Below, in pieces: positions 1 through 9,480 of a stretch of DNA of 19,074 bases. Position 1 is the first letter of the stretch, and every line of letters begins with the position of its first letter. The DNA lies in IMG/VR virus record IMGVR_UViG_2563366969_000006; one strand, given 5' to 3'. This stretch comes from a virus (taxonomy: Duplodnaviria; Heunggongvirae; Uroviricota; Caudoviricetes). The notes below the pieces were generated by a model that was not told where the DNA came from, ran no database searches, and saw nothing but the letters and a program-made list of their open reading frames with translations. The position numbers and the translations under genes were made by a program.

Positions 1-625
1 TTATTTACAAAAAAATGGGGAAGTATTACGGCGATTGCGAAAAGTCTGAAGCGCTTGAATTAAGATAATATAGAAAATCAGATACAACAAAAATGGCAGG
101 TAGATGATGTTAAGATAAATTGGAGCGGGCGAAGGGAACAATACAACATCACACAAGGCCAGTAATAGCGCGAATCCTGCGAGTTCTAAAATCAATTCTA
201 TACACATTTCTATACACATTTATCCCTCGCTTGAGGGTTATGCGTCATCGTTATCGGCTATCTCGCTGGTGGATGATCACGGATGGCCTGATATCTACAG
301 CCGCCTTAAAAAGCTGTACCCGACAAGCATTACTGCGTATCGGGTTCGTTCGCTCTTTCTACTCGTGGCAGATGAGTTTATCGGTGTGATTTTATCGGGC
401 GAGGGTATTGTATCAGGCATCCCCTTTTCTATGCAGATTTGCATAGTTCCGAATGGTGGCGTTATGGAAGCCTCCCATATCAGCATCATGCCCACCAGCG
501 TGAAGTATTTTTTTATTTCGCGGGTGTAAAAATTTGACGAGGCGGGCGGTCCCATAAGCAATGGATTGTAGGGATTTCGCTCCCCCCCTCCTGAATGCAA
601 TTTTTCGTATATATATACAAAACAG

Positions 626-781
626 TGCGGGTTATGCGGGTTACCGGGTTATCTTAGTATGCTAACTATTTTTTGTTCTTTAGTATCAATATGTTGCAAA
701 ATACACTGTTCATTATTCAAGCATCACATAACCCGCAAAACATCCCAAATAACCCGCAAACGCCCCAAAATAACCCGCAAA
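626..781. repeat. Iteron cluster A (putative crr-like or second origin): three tandem direct copies of (T)GCGGGTTA at 626-652, an AT-rich spacer, then three inverted copies ATAACCCGCAAA at 728-739, 749-760 and 770-781 with exact 21-bp phasing
   Basis: Seen directly in the sequence; same 9-mer as cluster B at 11233-11358; degenerate copies (CATCCCAAA, CGCCCCAAA) interleave at about 10.5-bp spacing. Confidence 0.7.
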
Positions 782-1448
782 CACATTGCTGAAAGCAGGG
801 GTTGATAGTTCCACTGGTGCCACAGAACGGCTGAATACGGTAACTGTTGCTGGTGGTCTGTCCTGTTGTCGTTCCAGTCTCATCAAATTGAGAGGCAAGA
901 CAAAGTGTATTTTTGCACTATAGCCAAAGCCTCATAAAACAGAGTTACCCCCACAGGCTGGCAAAAACCATTACCCAACGCAATTAAGTGCGTCAGAATC
1001 GATTACAGCGCGTTCCTGTGGCACGTTGTTGCCGTTCTCAGCAGTGAAAGGAGAGCGTGAAAAGCTCATATCTATTACTGTTGAGGGGTGTAGCGGCATA
1101 TATCGCGAATATCCACGCCCTTAATCCCGATACCGTCACTACGCATTGAGATCCACCAGAAGATTAAGATAGTTTTACCTGAAATTATCCAAATAATTGT
1201 TTTAACTGATTAATTTTTCGAATATCTATTGTTAGGGAATAAATCATCAGATACACCATAAAACGACATCTTTCAGGGTGTAGAAGATGCAAAGCCGATA
1301 CTGAAGAAAAGACAAAGAATATGAATGGCTGGCCACACGATGGAAGGATTGTCCATTGAAGGATCAATCCTAATGGTATAAGTATTAATAAAACCGTGCA
1401 GCGTGCTTTTTTATCTGCGAATTCCCGCCCGGGCGGCGGTGGCATTCG

Positions 1449-1476
1449 TTAAAAACAAGGCCGCGAAAGCGGCCTG
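1449..1476 (-). terminator. Rho-independent terminator closing the large operon
   Basis: On the minus strand, stem GGCCGC / GCGGCC (1459-1474) with a GAAA-type loop, followed by TTGTTTTT, 8 nt after the stop of the 104-aa gene. Confidence 0.6.
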
Positions 1477-1483
1477 TGACATG

Positions 1484-1798
1484 TCACGATAGTTCCGTTT
1501 TGTTGAATTCAATTATATCAAGGTCAGAACTTTCGTAATCCTTACCGAATAAAGCAAAACATATCGCGTCAAGTTCTCTCTTATGTTTGGACGCCCGATC
1601 ATAATTACCACCCCAACAGCAAATGAATCCACCAAGTACTGCTGATTCAAAAAGTAATGATGCTGCATCAATATGTCTGAACCAGGAGTCTATAAGTAAA
1701 GCAGAGAGTGATATTAATGTTCCCCACCCGCCAATCCTTCTCCATTTCTCAGCTTCATATTTAAGAGAAGCAATATATTCAATTTTATCTCTCGTCAT
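1484..1798 (-). CDS. Small membrane protein (104 aa, two predicted transmembrane helices), last gene of the large operon; function unknown
   Basis: ORF with TGATG stop-start overlap to the upstream gene; two hydrophobic segments (IGGWGTLISLSALLIDSWF and ASLLFESAVLGGFICCWGG); lower GC than upstream genes. Confidence 0.6.
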   Translation of the reverse strand: MTRDKIEYIASLKYEAEKWRRIGGWGTLISLSALLIDSWFRHIDAASLLFESAVLGGFICCWGGNYDRASKHKRELDAICFALFGKDYESSDLDIIEFNKTELS

Positions 1799-4554
1799 CA
1801 GTTCCCCACCGCCTTTCCAAAATCCGGTGCTCTACGTGGCGCAATAGCACCCGGTTCCCACCAACTCGTTATGTCGAACTCCCGTTGCGCGCGGTCCCTT
1901 ACTCGATCATTGTAACCAGGGTTTGCCATCTCCTGAAGTTGTTGCAATATCAGGTGATTGGTTATCGCTTTCGCATACCACAGGTTTGCGAATGGGGTGA
2001 TCATGCGGGCTGTTTTCAGTGCATCGGCACCGAATGATGTTTCTTCACCCTGTAGAGCCTTCTGTGGGTTAGTAATCAGTAATTTTGTTAACTGCTCTGC
2101 AAAGCTCAACACAGGGCCACCCATAGTGGCACCGATGCTGGAGCCATATTGCGTATGGTCCTGGAAAATAAAATCACCGTAGATACCGAACGAACCACCT
2201 TTCAGTAAAGCCTGAACCCATGTGGTTGGTTTTGTCATATCCAGCGGATCATTACCATTTAACAAACTGTTCATCTGGATCGCAAACATACCAGCAAGAG
2301 TTGTTCCCCCGATATATGAGGCCAGAAATTTAATGGCCGGAACGGTGTCCAAATCCCGTGTTCTGTTAACAAGTTGCCGAAATCCAGCAAATGGGGTTGT
2401 TTTGAAGAGCATGAAGCTCTTCATTAACTCGCCAGCATCATCACGGGCATATGTATCAATACCCGTAGCGGTGGTCACAGCATTGGTCATCTCACCGTGC
2501 GTAATTCCCAGCAATTTCTGGGCTGCTTCAGCGCGTGCATTACGAATCATGCGCGTGATGGTCTGCTCAGCCTCAGCGTCGAATGCTTCTTTCATCCGTT
2601 TCAGGCGTTCTGGAGGGAGATCTCCAAGGGCTGCCAGTGCCTTTTCACTCCCGGCACGAATCCGGGTAATACGGTCTGCCATAATGTCGGCTATTACGTT
2701 ATCGGGCACAGCGTAAATCGCGTCTGGCGTCATCCCCATATGCCCGGCAGTAGTCATCGGCCTGAGTTCTGCCGCTGCCATGATGGCCCAGTCCTCATTG
2801 CTCCATCCCTTGTTAGCCAGAATGGTTTTATCGGTTCCTTTCATATCGTCCAGCGTCTTAAATTTTCTGGTCAGCTCGCCAATGTTTTTGTACATCAGGA
2901 GACCAAACGACGCTTTGTTTGCGCGGTCCATAGCGATCAGCCCGGACCACTTCAGTGTCTTCTCTGCGAACCAGCCAGTTATGCCGCGAGACAAGTCAAA
3001 CCCGCCCATTTTCGAAACCACAGCAGCATGTGAATCCACCAGCAGACCGAGTTCAGCATTCGCCTTTTTGGCATCTCCACTAAACAGGTTTTTGATAGTG
3101 TTAACGGAAAGCCGCATTCCACCACGGGTAAAGCCCAGCGCCTGCGCATTTGCCCGCATAATTGCCTGGTCGCTGGTTGCTGTCAGTACGCTGGTGCCAA
3201 GCATGGCGCTGGTCATCAGGTTACGCAGACCACCAACTGCTGAAGAGAACACACTCGATGAAGCGACACCATTTAGGCCAGCCATTGAGTTGAACATACG
3301 GGCAACTAATTTGGCCTCATCCTCCATTTCTTTTTTGCGTTTCCCGCCTGTTACTGCGCGCTTATAGATGCGATCCAGTACCAGGGAAAAGTTTCTTTCG
3401 GCGTCCGGACCAAAGGCTTTAACGACGCCCAAATCCCTGGATGATGATTGCAGGTGCGACATCATCACCCCCACCAGCGGCTGCTGAGTGTATCGTTCCA
3501 TATAGGCGAAGTGTGACTGCGCATCCTTGAACGCCATCACCCTGTGCTGAGAACCACGGCTCTTTATTCCTCCGGCTCCCATAAATGTACCAGGCTCAAT
3601 TTTGTTTGCCCCATCAGTGGCCTTCGTTTCAAAGATCGCTTCCAGTGCCTGACGGTACTCGACGTCATTCATAATGCTGCCGTCAGGATTAACGTAATTG
3701 CTGCGATCCTGCGTGTTGTAAGCGTCATCAACCCATTTCTGGCGGGCAAACTCAATCGGTGGCTGGCGACCTGAAAGACGTGCTGTAGCTTGCTCTGCCA
3801 CTGGTAACGATGCCAGCCATTCTTCGCGCCCGGCATTGCGAATAAGGTCAGCATCATCCACATATGGCGTATGCCAGTCTTCTCGCAGGCCTATGTCAAA
3901 GCCATTGTCGTTCATCTCATGACGAACACGGCCTGTTACATCCTTCCAAATCTGTGCAATTTTCTTCGCCAGGGGATTCCCGGTATCTTCGCCATATATT
4001 TCTTTCAGGATCTGGAGTTGTGCAGACTTTGCCGCCTGCCTGTCGAATACACTCCGAAACCGCTGCTCTCCAAGCGCCCTGCTCTGCTCGAAGAATTTGC
4101 GGACGTCATCACCTGCTTTTAGAAGTTCAGCACTGAGCTGACGGGACCAGTCCTGATATGCCCCAATTGCAAGTTCTTCAGCAGAAGTAACGGAGATATC
4201 AGCTTTGTCTCTCGATCGTCGGCCAGCAAAAATAAACTGCTGCAAATTAACAGGTGTCTGCTGATCAGGCGGGATGTTAGCATCGAGAGTGTCAGTAATT
4301 TTACTGATGGCGATCGCATTCTGGGCAACACGCTGTCTTTTCTTGTACACATCATGAACCACACGCTGGCGTACCAGTTCTGCTGCATCCATGTATGTTT
4401 GAGCATCAGGAATACCACTTTTGCCTTCTTTGGCATTCTTTCTGTGCACATGCTGCACAGCTTCTTTGATACGATCTTCAATATTTTTCAGCTCATCAGC
4501 CTTTGGCTGGCGACCAAGTGTCTGCGCAATAGCTTCCACACATGCCTGTTTCAT
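1798..4554 (-). CDS. Large hypothetical protein (about 918 aa), Gly/Ala-rich hydrophobic stretches, no NTPase motif; possibly internal-virion/ejection-like
   Basis: Long ORF. Likely start is the ATG at 4552-4554, preceded by GAGGAA and in a TAATG overlap with the upstream stop, rather than the unsupported ATG at 4575. No Walker A found on reading. Confidence 0.75.
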   Translation of the reverse strand: MKQACVEAIAQTLGRQPKADELKNIEDRIKEAVQHVHRKNAKEGKSGIPDAQTYMDAAELVRQRVVHDVYKKRQRVAQNAIAISKITDTLDANIPPDQQTPVNLQQFIFAGRRSRDKADISVTSAEELAIGAYQDWSRQLSAELLKAGDDVRKFFEQSRALGEQRFRSVFDRQAAKSAQLQILKEIYGEDTGNPLAKKIAQIWKDVTGRVRHEMNDNGFDIGLREDWHTPYVDDADLIRNAGREEWLASLPVAEQATARLSGRQPPIEFARQKWVDDAYNTQDRSNYVNPDGSIMNDVEYRQALEAIFETKATDGANKIEPGTFMGAGGIKSRGSQHRVMAFKDAQSHFAYMERYTQQPLVGVMMSHLQSSSRDLGVVKAFGPDAERNFSLVLDRIYKRAVTGGKRKKEMEDEAKLVARMFNSMAGLNGVASSSVFSSAVGGLRNLMTSAMLGTSVLTATSDQAIMRANAQALGFTRGGMRLSVNTIKNLFSGDAKKANAELGLLVDSHAAVVSKMGGFDLSRGITGWFAEKTLKWSGLIAMDRANKASFGLLMYKNIGELTRKFKTLDDMKGTDKTILANKGWSNEDWAIMAAAELRPMTTAGHMGMTPDAIYAVPDNVIADIMADRITRIRAGSEKALAALGDLPPERLKRMKEAFDAEAEQTITRMIRNARAEAAQKLLGITHGEMTNAVTTATGIDTYARDDAGELMKSFMLFKTTPFAGFRQLVNRTRDLDTVPAIKFLASYIGGTTLAGMFAIQMNSLLNGNDPLDMTKPTTWVQALLKGGSFGIYGDFIFQDHTQYGSSIGATMGGPVLSFAEQLTKLLITNPQKALQGEETSFGADALKTARMITPFANLWYAKAITNHLILQQLQEMANPGYNDRVRDRAQREFDITSWWEPGAIAPRRAPDFGKAVGN

Positions 4555-6614
4555 TATGGGTTCCTCAAGAAGCACGCTGCTGCTACAGAATAAACCTTCG
4601 ATTCGTTCTGGACTGTCTTAATCTGTTCATCCAACTCAGCCAGGAGATCAGAAAGTTTTGTCGGGTTTCCGGTTTCCGGGTGAGCTATAGTCAGCTCAGG
4701 ATTGGCAACAGCCATGTCCCTGGCAGCCATAAGGTCATAGCTGTTGGATGAGAGAACCTGCCCTGTATCTGGATCAACGCTGATGTCCCCTCTGTGTTCA
4801 CCAGCCGATGAGAAAGCACTTTCAGCACGAGGGACAGGCGATTCACTAATTGGCTCTGATGATGTTTCGTATCTGACACCATTTTCTTCAAAAACCTTTT
4901 GTATTTCATGGTATTGCTCTTGGTAAGTATCAGATATATCTGATCGCAATGGACCATCAAGCCCTCGCGCCATCCCCCCAACATTTACAGGCTGACCATC
5001 ATTAAGTTGCCTGTATGCTTCATCCATGGCGTCAACATGGCTGTTGATGCTCTCATTGCTGGTATGAAGCACTGGTGACGATTCAATATCGTAATGAAGC
5101 CCCTCATTCAAAATGTGGGCTGCATCAATATCGCTTGGTTTTATTCTTTCCCTCGCCCGGATACCAAAAACTTTTTCTACTGCGGCTTCCAGTTTCATAT
5201 TGCGAAGACGCATACTTACGAGTAACCGTAACTGCTCAGGTGTAACGGTTCCAACCTGAATACCACTGTATCTGAATATATAGGCTTTAAAACCTGAAAT
5301 AATTTTTTCCCATGATGAAACGCTTGTCTTTAGAGATGGATTTACTGCATGTGCGGCAACTTCTTCAGCGTACAACCACTCAGGATATGTTTCAGGGTAC
5401 TCACCCCTTTTCTTATATTCATAATATTGTGACATCCCATATGCAAATTCAGGATAGTCAGAATGCTTGTTTGCAGATTTAAGTACAGCATTAGCTAGCT
5501 TTCTGGCCTTCCAGTCAGGGTAATGGCGCTGCTCAAGATGAAGCGCCTCGTGATGAAGGGTTTCTAACAGTTCTTCATGGTCTTTTAATCCATTAATATT
5601 TATTCTTATTATTGGTTCTTTTCCGGAAGCTACTGTCACATGACCTTTATTCAGAAGTATTTCTCCATCACTATTTTTTATTGCTGGTTCATTAATAAGT
5701 TCTATTACTCCTGAATCAGATAAATCACGAACCATTGACTCAATGTTACCATCAGGAGATTGCTGATAATGTTCACCAAAAGTTGATTTTATTTCTTCTG
5801 CAGAAATGTTCGACTCTGTACCATCATGGTTATTATGGGTAGTCAGGTGATGAACGCCACCAAAGACCCCGCCTAAAACGGCATCGACTAACATCGCCTG
5901 ACCGTCAAATACCCGGTACTGTTTTGCCATCTCCGTGTAGCCTTTTTCCTCCAGTGTTGCGCCTACTGAGTAACGGTTCAGTCCACCGAATCCGGTGTTG
6001 ATTGCCACACCTGAGGCAATGCGCGTTGCCAGTGTGGTGCCGACGGCAGCGGGTAAGGCCATACCCACAGCATTGAAAAGGCTCTGCTGCGTTGCCAGGT
6101 TACGCGCTGTAGCCTCGTCTACTCCCTTCCCTTTAAAATCCTGATAGGACTGCTCATACGTAGAACTGAAGGCTGTAGCAGCGCCGATGAGCGGACCACC
6201 AAACATAGTTGTTCCGATTGCAGGAACAAATTTACCAAGCTCATTTAATACCTCAGCCGCCATTCCCTGGCTGCCTGCATCAGGCTTCACATAGCTGCGG
6301 GCATCCTGTAACTGTTTTCCGATCGTGTCGTATGTATCATTCAGTGTTTTGTCAGCATCAGGGAACATCTCCCGAAAAATATTAACTGTCGGTGCCACGT
6401 CTGCGGTAAATGCCGGATCGCTAATCAGACGCTTGCTGAATCCGACGGCAGACTGCGCGAGACCGAGAGCCCCCTCCGCCACGCCGCTCAAAAGTGCAGT
6501 ACCTGAACCCTGGAAGGGAGTCGGATCGTAGTCTTCTGGCCTTGCTGGGTTGGCAACTGTTTTGTCGTCAATCCATGCCTGACCTTCTGGAGCCAAAGAA
6601 AAAACATCAGACAT
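4554..6614 (-). CDS. Large hypothetical protein (686 aa) with an HExxH (HEALH) zincin-like motif and Gly/Ala-rich hydrophobic region
   Basis: Long ORF; TAATG overlap with the upstream 843-aa gene; GAGGG ribosome-binding site; ETLHHEALHLEQRH encoded around 5534-5560; no P-loop. Confidence 0.75.
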   Translation of the reverse strand: MSDVFSLAPEGQAWIDDKTVANPARPEDYDPTPFQGSGTALLSGVAEGALGLAQSAVGFSKRLISDPAFTADVAPTVNIFREMFPDADKTLNDTYDTIGKQLQDARSYVKPDAGSQGMAAEVLNELGKFVPAIGTTMFGGPLIGAATAFSSTYEQSYQDFKGKGVDEATARNLATQQSLFNAVGMALPAAVGTTLATRIASGVAINTGFGGLNRYSVGATLEEKGYTEMAKQYRVFDGQAMLVDAVLGGVFGGVHHLTTHNNHDGTESNISAEEIKSTFGEHYQQSPDGNIESMVRDLSDSGVIELINEPAIKNSDGEILLNKGHVTVASGKEPIIRININGLKDHEELLETLHHEALHLEQRHYPDWKARKLANAVLKSANKHSDYPEFAYGMSQYYEYKKRGEYPETYPEWLYAEEVAAHAVNPSLKTSVSSWEKIISGFKAYIFRYSGIQVGTVTPEQLRLLVSMRLRNMKLEAAVEKVFGIRARERIKPSDIDAAHILNEGLHYDIESSPVLHTSNESINSHVDAMDEAYRQLNDGQPVNVGGMARGLDGPLRSDISDTYQEQYHEIQKVFEENGVRYETSSEPISESPVPRAESAFSSAGEHRGDISVDPDTGQVLSSNSYDLMAARDMAVANPELTIAHPETGNPTKLSDLLAELDEQIKTVQNESKVYSVAAACFLRNP

Positions 6615-9145
6615 TATTCAACCCTCACGACAATAGCTTTATTGGTTCTGGGATCTGTTGCCCAGCGTCCGCTACCATTTACAAGCCGATACCGGTTATT
6701 GCCGATATTAACTGGCGTGAAATTTGACACTGCATTTACGTTAAGTCCGGCATCTTTCAGTGCTTGTTTCGCAGATGTGGTATAGCGATCTTTGAAAGTA
6801 GATTTATCCATGCCAAAAGGCATTACAACGTCGCCGCCATTAAAACCATTGTATATACCGCCAGTAGCATACTTCACGGCATCAGCTACAATGTCTGTAT
6901 CAGGCATACTGGTTCTTACCGTAGAGGCATCACCAGATTGATAAGCTATTCCTGCGTAAGCGGCTTTGAAAAGGCTATAACTGATCTGGCGTAACTGCGG
7001 GTTACGGGCAAATGCATTACCTACCTGTTCGTCGAAAGCGTCTTTCATCTTATCTTCGCTCGGCAACTGTACCGGAGTTATGCCCGCATTCTTCATGGCC
7101 TTCGTCGGATTCAGTAGTTGGTCGCCGGAAAGAATAACCTTTGCAACGTCGTACTTGTTCATCGTCGGCTTATACCCGATGAACTGACTATATGGGATCG
7201 TCGGCCTGGTGTTGTCGTACTGGTTATCCGGCGTGCCCAGCAGCAGCGCAGAATAGGCTGTTGCCGCACTGTTCGGAGCAATTACAGATGCCACCTGCCG
7301 TATTGCTGGCGCAGGCAGCTTCTCCCCCATGCTCTGCAACAGTTTAATTGTCTGGTCAACGTTCTGAGTGCCGCGCACCTGCTGTGCCAGCGCAGCCGCC
7401 TCTTCACTGTTGAGGAGTGGGGCATTAATTCCCAACGCGCGTAAGCTTTCCTGCGACGAGAAACGGTTAGCCACCTCGGCAGTGATGTCGTCAGGGTTGT
7501 TGCTGGTGATCGGCTTATAGGCTCCGATTTCCACCGCTGCACTAAACGGATTATTCTGCCTCTGGGTTATTACCTTCGTGGCTGCCGCCGATACCCGGTC
7601 GAATAACTCCGCACGAGACGCATACCCCTCCCCTGTCTCACCAGTATCCGGGCGTAATTGCTCAACATATGCGGTAATGCTGCTTGTCGGCATGTTGCGG
7701 AAAGAGCCTATATACTGTCCGGCGATCTGCAAATTTCTGAACTCGGTATATCGCAGGTTTCCTTCTCTGACACCATAAGCAGCAATGAACTCACCCTCAC
7801 CAGGCGGGTTAGGAAATTCAACGCCACGCATATACGCAGCCGTTGCATCGCGAACCCGGCTTTCGAGCATCGTTCTATATTCAGCCTGCTGCTGTCTGGC
7901 TAATGCATCCGTCTGTCGCAACACGCTGGCCTGATCTGATTCACTTAAAGCATCGAACCAGGCTACACCGGTATAACGTTTATTTTTTGTCGGTAGCTGA
8001 GAAAGCCCCAGTGCGGCACTAACGCCAGCGGCCAATTGCTGATCACTGTACGGCTGACTGCCTTGCTCATGATGAATAATTGCTTTGCACAGAGATTTCA
8101 GTGTGTCAGGATTTGATGCGTCAAGCGGCTGGTCAGGAGTTACACCGAGCTGAGCACATACTGCCCGTATATAAGCATCAGTTTTATTATCATCACTGGC
8201 CGGTGCCCAGCGATTAATTATTTCGCTGATGGTGTCATAACCCTGACGCTGATACGACAGCAAATTGCGACCAAGCGCGCGAATACCGTGTTCAGGGGTT
8301 TCGAATTTGGCAAAGCGACCATCATCACCAGTCTGCCCAACCCACGGATTAGTTTTGCTGTATTCAAGATTGCCGGGGTTATTGTTGCGTATACCGCGGG
8401 TACGATCGGAAGAGCCACTATCTGCTACAGCACGGCGAGATCCAGCAGCAGTATCGCTTAACTCGCCATTTTGCTGTCTTACCTGAAGATAGTTTGCTCC
8501 AATAGCATTTTGAGCAGTTGCTTTTGCTGTTGCTTCTTTAAACTCGATTTTCTTGGCCTGGATTTGCTCGTCGCTCCAGCCATGCGCAATACCGTAATCC
8601 TCAATTTGCTGGAAAGTTTGCGTATTAGCCAATATGTATGCTGCGTTGTCGCCATATAATGCTGAGGCATTTTTACCATTATTCAGCAGTGTCGCCTGAA
8701 ACTGGCCTTCTTCGTAGGCATTTATTTGCCCTATCTCGTACCTCCCGGCCTGCGTAGCGAACTGAATACGCTGCTGCTGCGCCTGCTGCATGAAAGCATT
8801 ACGAGCCTGTTCATCCGGCAGCGACATAGCCAGTTGTTCGATCTGAGCATCAAACTGCTGTGTATACTCATGGCCTTTTCCAATAGCATTTTTCCCTTTC
8901 AGGTTAAGCAATCCTGTTTCAGGATTATTCAGCAGATCACTGCCTGTCTGACTGAGTTTAAGGGATGCCTCCTGAATCAAGGCAATATTGGCACGCTGTT
9001 TTGCCTGACCAAAAACATCAATTGCCTCTGCCCCTGCCCGAACAAAAGCATCACCAATACCTGGCTGAGAAAACGTCTGCAAGCCTGCTGACTGAACTCC
9101 ACGGCTCTCAACCTGACGTCCGGATACTGTTGGTACGACTGGCAT
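6614..9145 (-). CDS. Large hypothetical protein (843 aa), Gln/Ala-rich, with a conserved-looking block GIRNNNPGN...W.G...G.FA.F (possible peptidoglycan-hydrolase-like or virion-associated domain; unverified)
   Basis: Long ORF with a strong AGGAGG ribosome-binding site 6 nt upstream of the ATG; motif block encoded around 8155-8395; no P-loop. Confidence 0.75.
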   Translation of the reverse strand: MPVVPTVSGRQVESRGVQSAGLQTFSQPGIGDAFVRAGAEAIDVFGQAKQRANIALIQEASLKLSQTGSDLLNNPETGLLNLKGKNAIGKGHEYTQQFDAQIEQLAMSLPDEQARNAFMQQAQQQRIQFATQAGRYEIGQINAYEEGQFQATLLNNGKNASALYGDNAAYILANTQTFQQIEDYGIAHGWSDEQIQAKKIEFKEATAKATAQNAIGANYLQVRQQNGELSDTAAGSRRAVADSGSSDRTRGIRNNNPGNLEYSKTNPWVGQTGDDGRFAKFETPEHGIRALGRNLLSYQRQGYDTISEIINRWAPASDDNKTDAYIRAVCAQLGVTPDQPLDASNPDTLKSLCKAIIHHEQGSQPYSDQQLAAGVSAALGLSQLPTKNKRYTGVAWFDALSESDQASVLRQTDALARQQQAEYRTMLESRVRDATAAYMRGVEFPNPPGEGEFIAAYGVREGNLRYTEFRNLQIAGQYIGSFRNMPTSSITAYVEQLRPDTGETGEGYASRAELFDRVSAAATKVITQRQNNPFSAAVEIGAYKPITSNNPDDITAEVANRFSSQESLRALGINAPLLNSEEAAALAQQVRGTQNVDQTIKLLQSMGEKLPAPAIRQVASVIAPNSAATAYSALLLGTPDNQYDNTRPTIPYSQFIGYKPTMNKYDVAKVILSGDQLLNPTKAMKNAGITPVQLPSEDKMKDAFDEQVGNAFARNPQLRQISYSLFKAAYAGIAYQSGDASTVRTSMPDTDIVADAVKYATGGIYNGFNGGDVVMPFGMDKSTFKDRYTTSAKQALKDAGLNVNAVSNFTPVNIGNNRYRLVNGSGRWATDPRTNKAIVVRVE

Positions 9146-9241
9146 TAGTAACCTCCTATTTTGAATCGGGAGTCAGAATTCATAAAACCTGAGTTAGATA
9201 ACATTGGCGTCCCTCTGCTTTGATGCTGTACCAGCGATTCA

Positions 9242-9448
9242 TTACTCACCCCCCGATGCAAAACCATTCTGATTAAGCCAGGCGTTTACGGCATGTCTGA
9301 CAATCTGCGCCACGCCTGGTAATGGCTGATCAGGGTGATTGTTCACATGGTCGATTCTGTACTGCTTAAGGCGCATCACGGTCTGTGCATCCAGATGAAC
9401 GGAACCACCTCTGACATCGCCTGTGTTCAGGTCGTTAATACAATTCAC
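9242..9448 (-). CDS. Small hypothetical protein (68 aa) leading the large operon; possible regulator
   Basis: ORF just downstream of a candidate promoter and upstream of the 843-aa gene; the GAGG ribosome-binding site is unusually close to the ATG, so the start is uncertain. Confidence 0.4.
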   Translation of the reverse strand: MNCINDLNTGDVRGGSVHLDAQTVMRLKQYRIDHVNNHPDQPLPGVAQIVRHAVNAWLNQNGFASGGE

Positions 9449-9480
9449 AGCAATTTCCTCTTACTGACTAAACTATGCAC

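Noticed and set aside
120-600. Overlapping small ORFs at the left edge (120-389 +, 269-529 +, 295-600 -), a tandem 12-bp repeat CTATACACATTT x2 (198-221) and a small hairpin (224-237)
   Set aside because: The ORFs are mutually exclusive, lack clear ribosome-binding sites and have unremarkable translations, so none can be supported as a gene without comparative or expression data. The repeats are real but too short to interpret.
626-781. Possible CRISPR array
   Set aside because: The repeats are 9-12 bp with 9-21-bp phasing and no unique spacers of CRISPR size, and no cas genes are present; they fit iterons instead.
713-898. 61-aa minus-strand ORF over iteron cluster A
   Set aside because: Its repetitive translation (AGYFGAF/AGYLGCF) is produced by the iterons themselves; it is more likely a non-coding origin region.
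1185-1445. 86-aa minus-strand ORF in the AT-rich non-coding stretch
   Set aside because: Hydrophobic low-complexity translation in an AT-rich region that overlaps a palindrome and terminator-like structures; likely spurious.
1958-4136. Multiple plus-strand ORFs (74-195 aa) inside the 918-aa gene region
   Set aside because: They are antisense to a long, well-supported minus-strand ORF, lack ribosome-binding sites and have biased low-complexity translations typical of shadow ORFs.
6764-9192. Plus-strand ORFs of 60-121 aa overlapping the 843-aa gene
   Set aside because: Antisense shadow ORFs within a long coding region, with no supporting signals.
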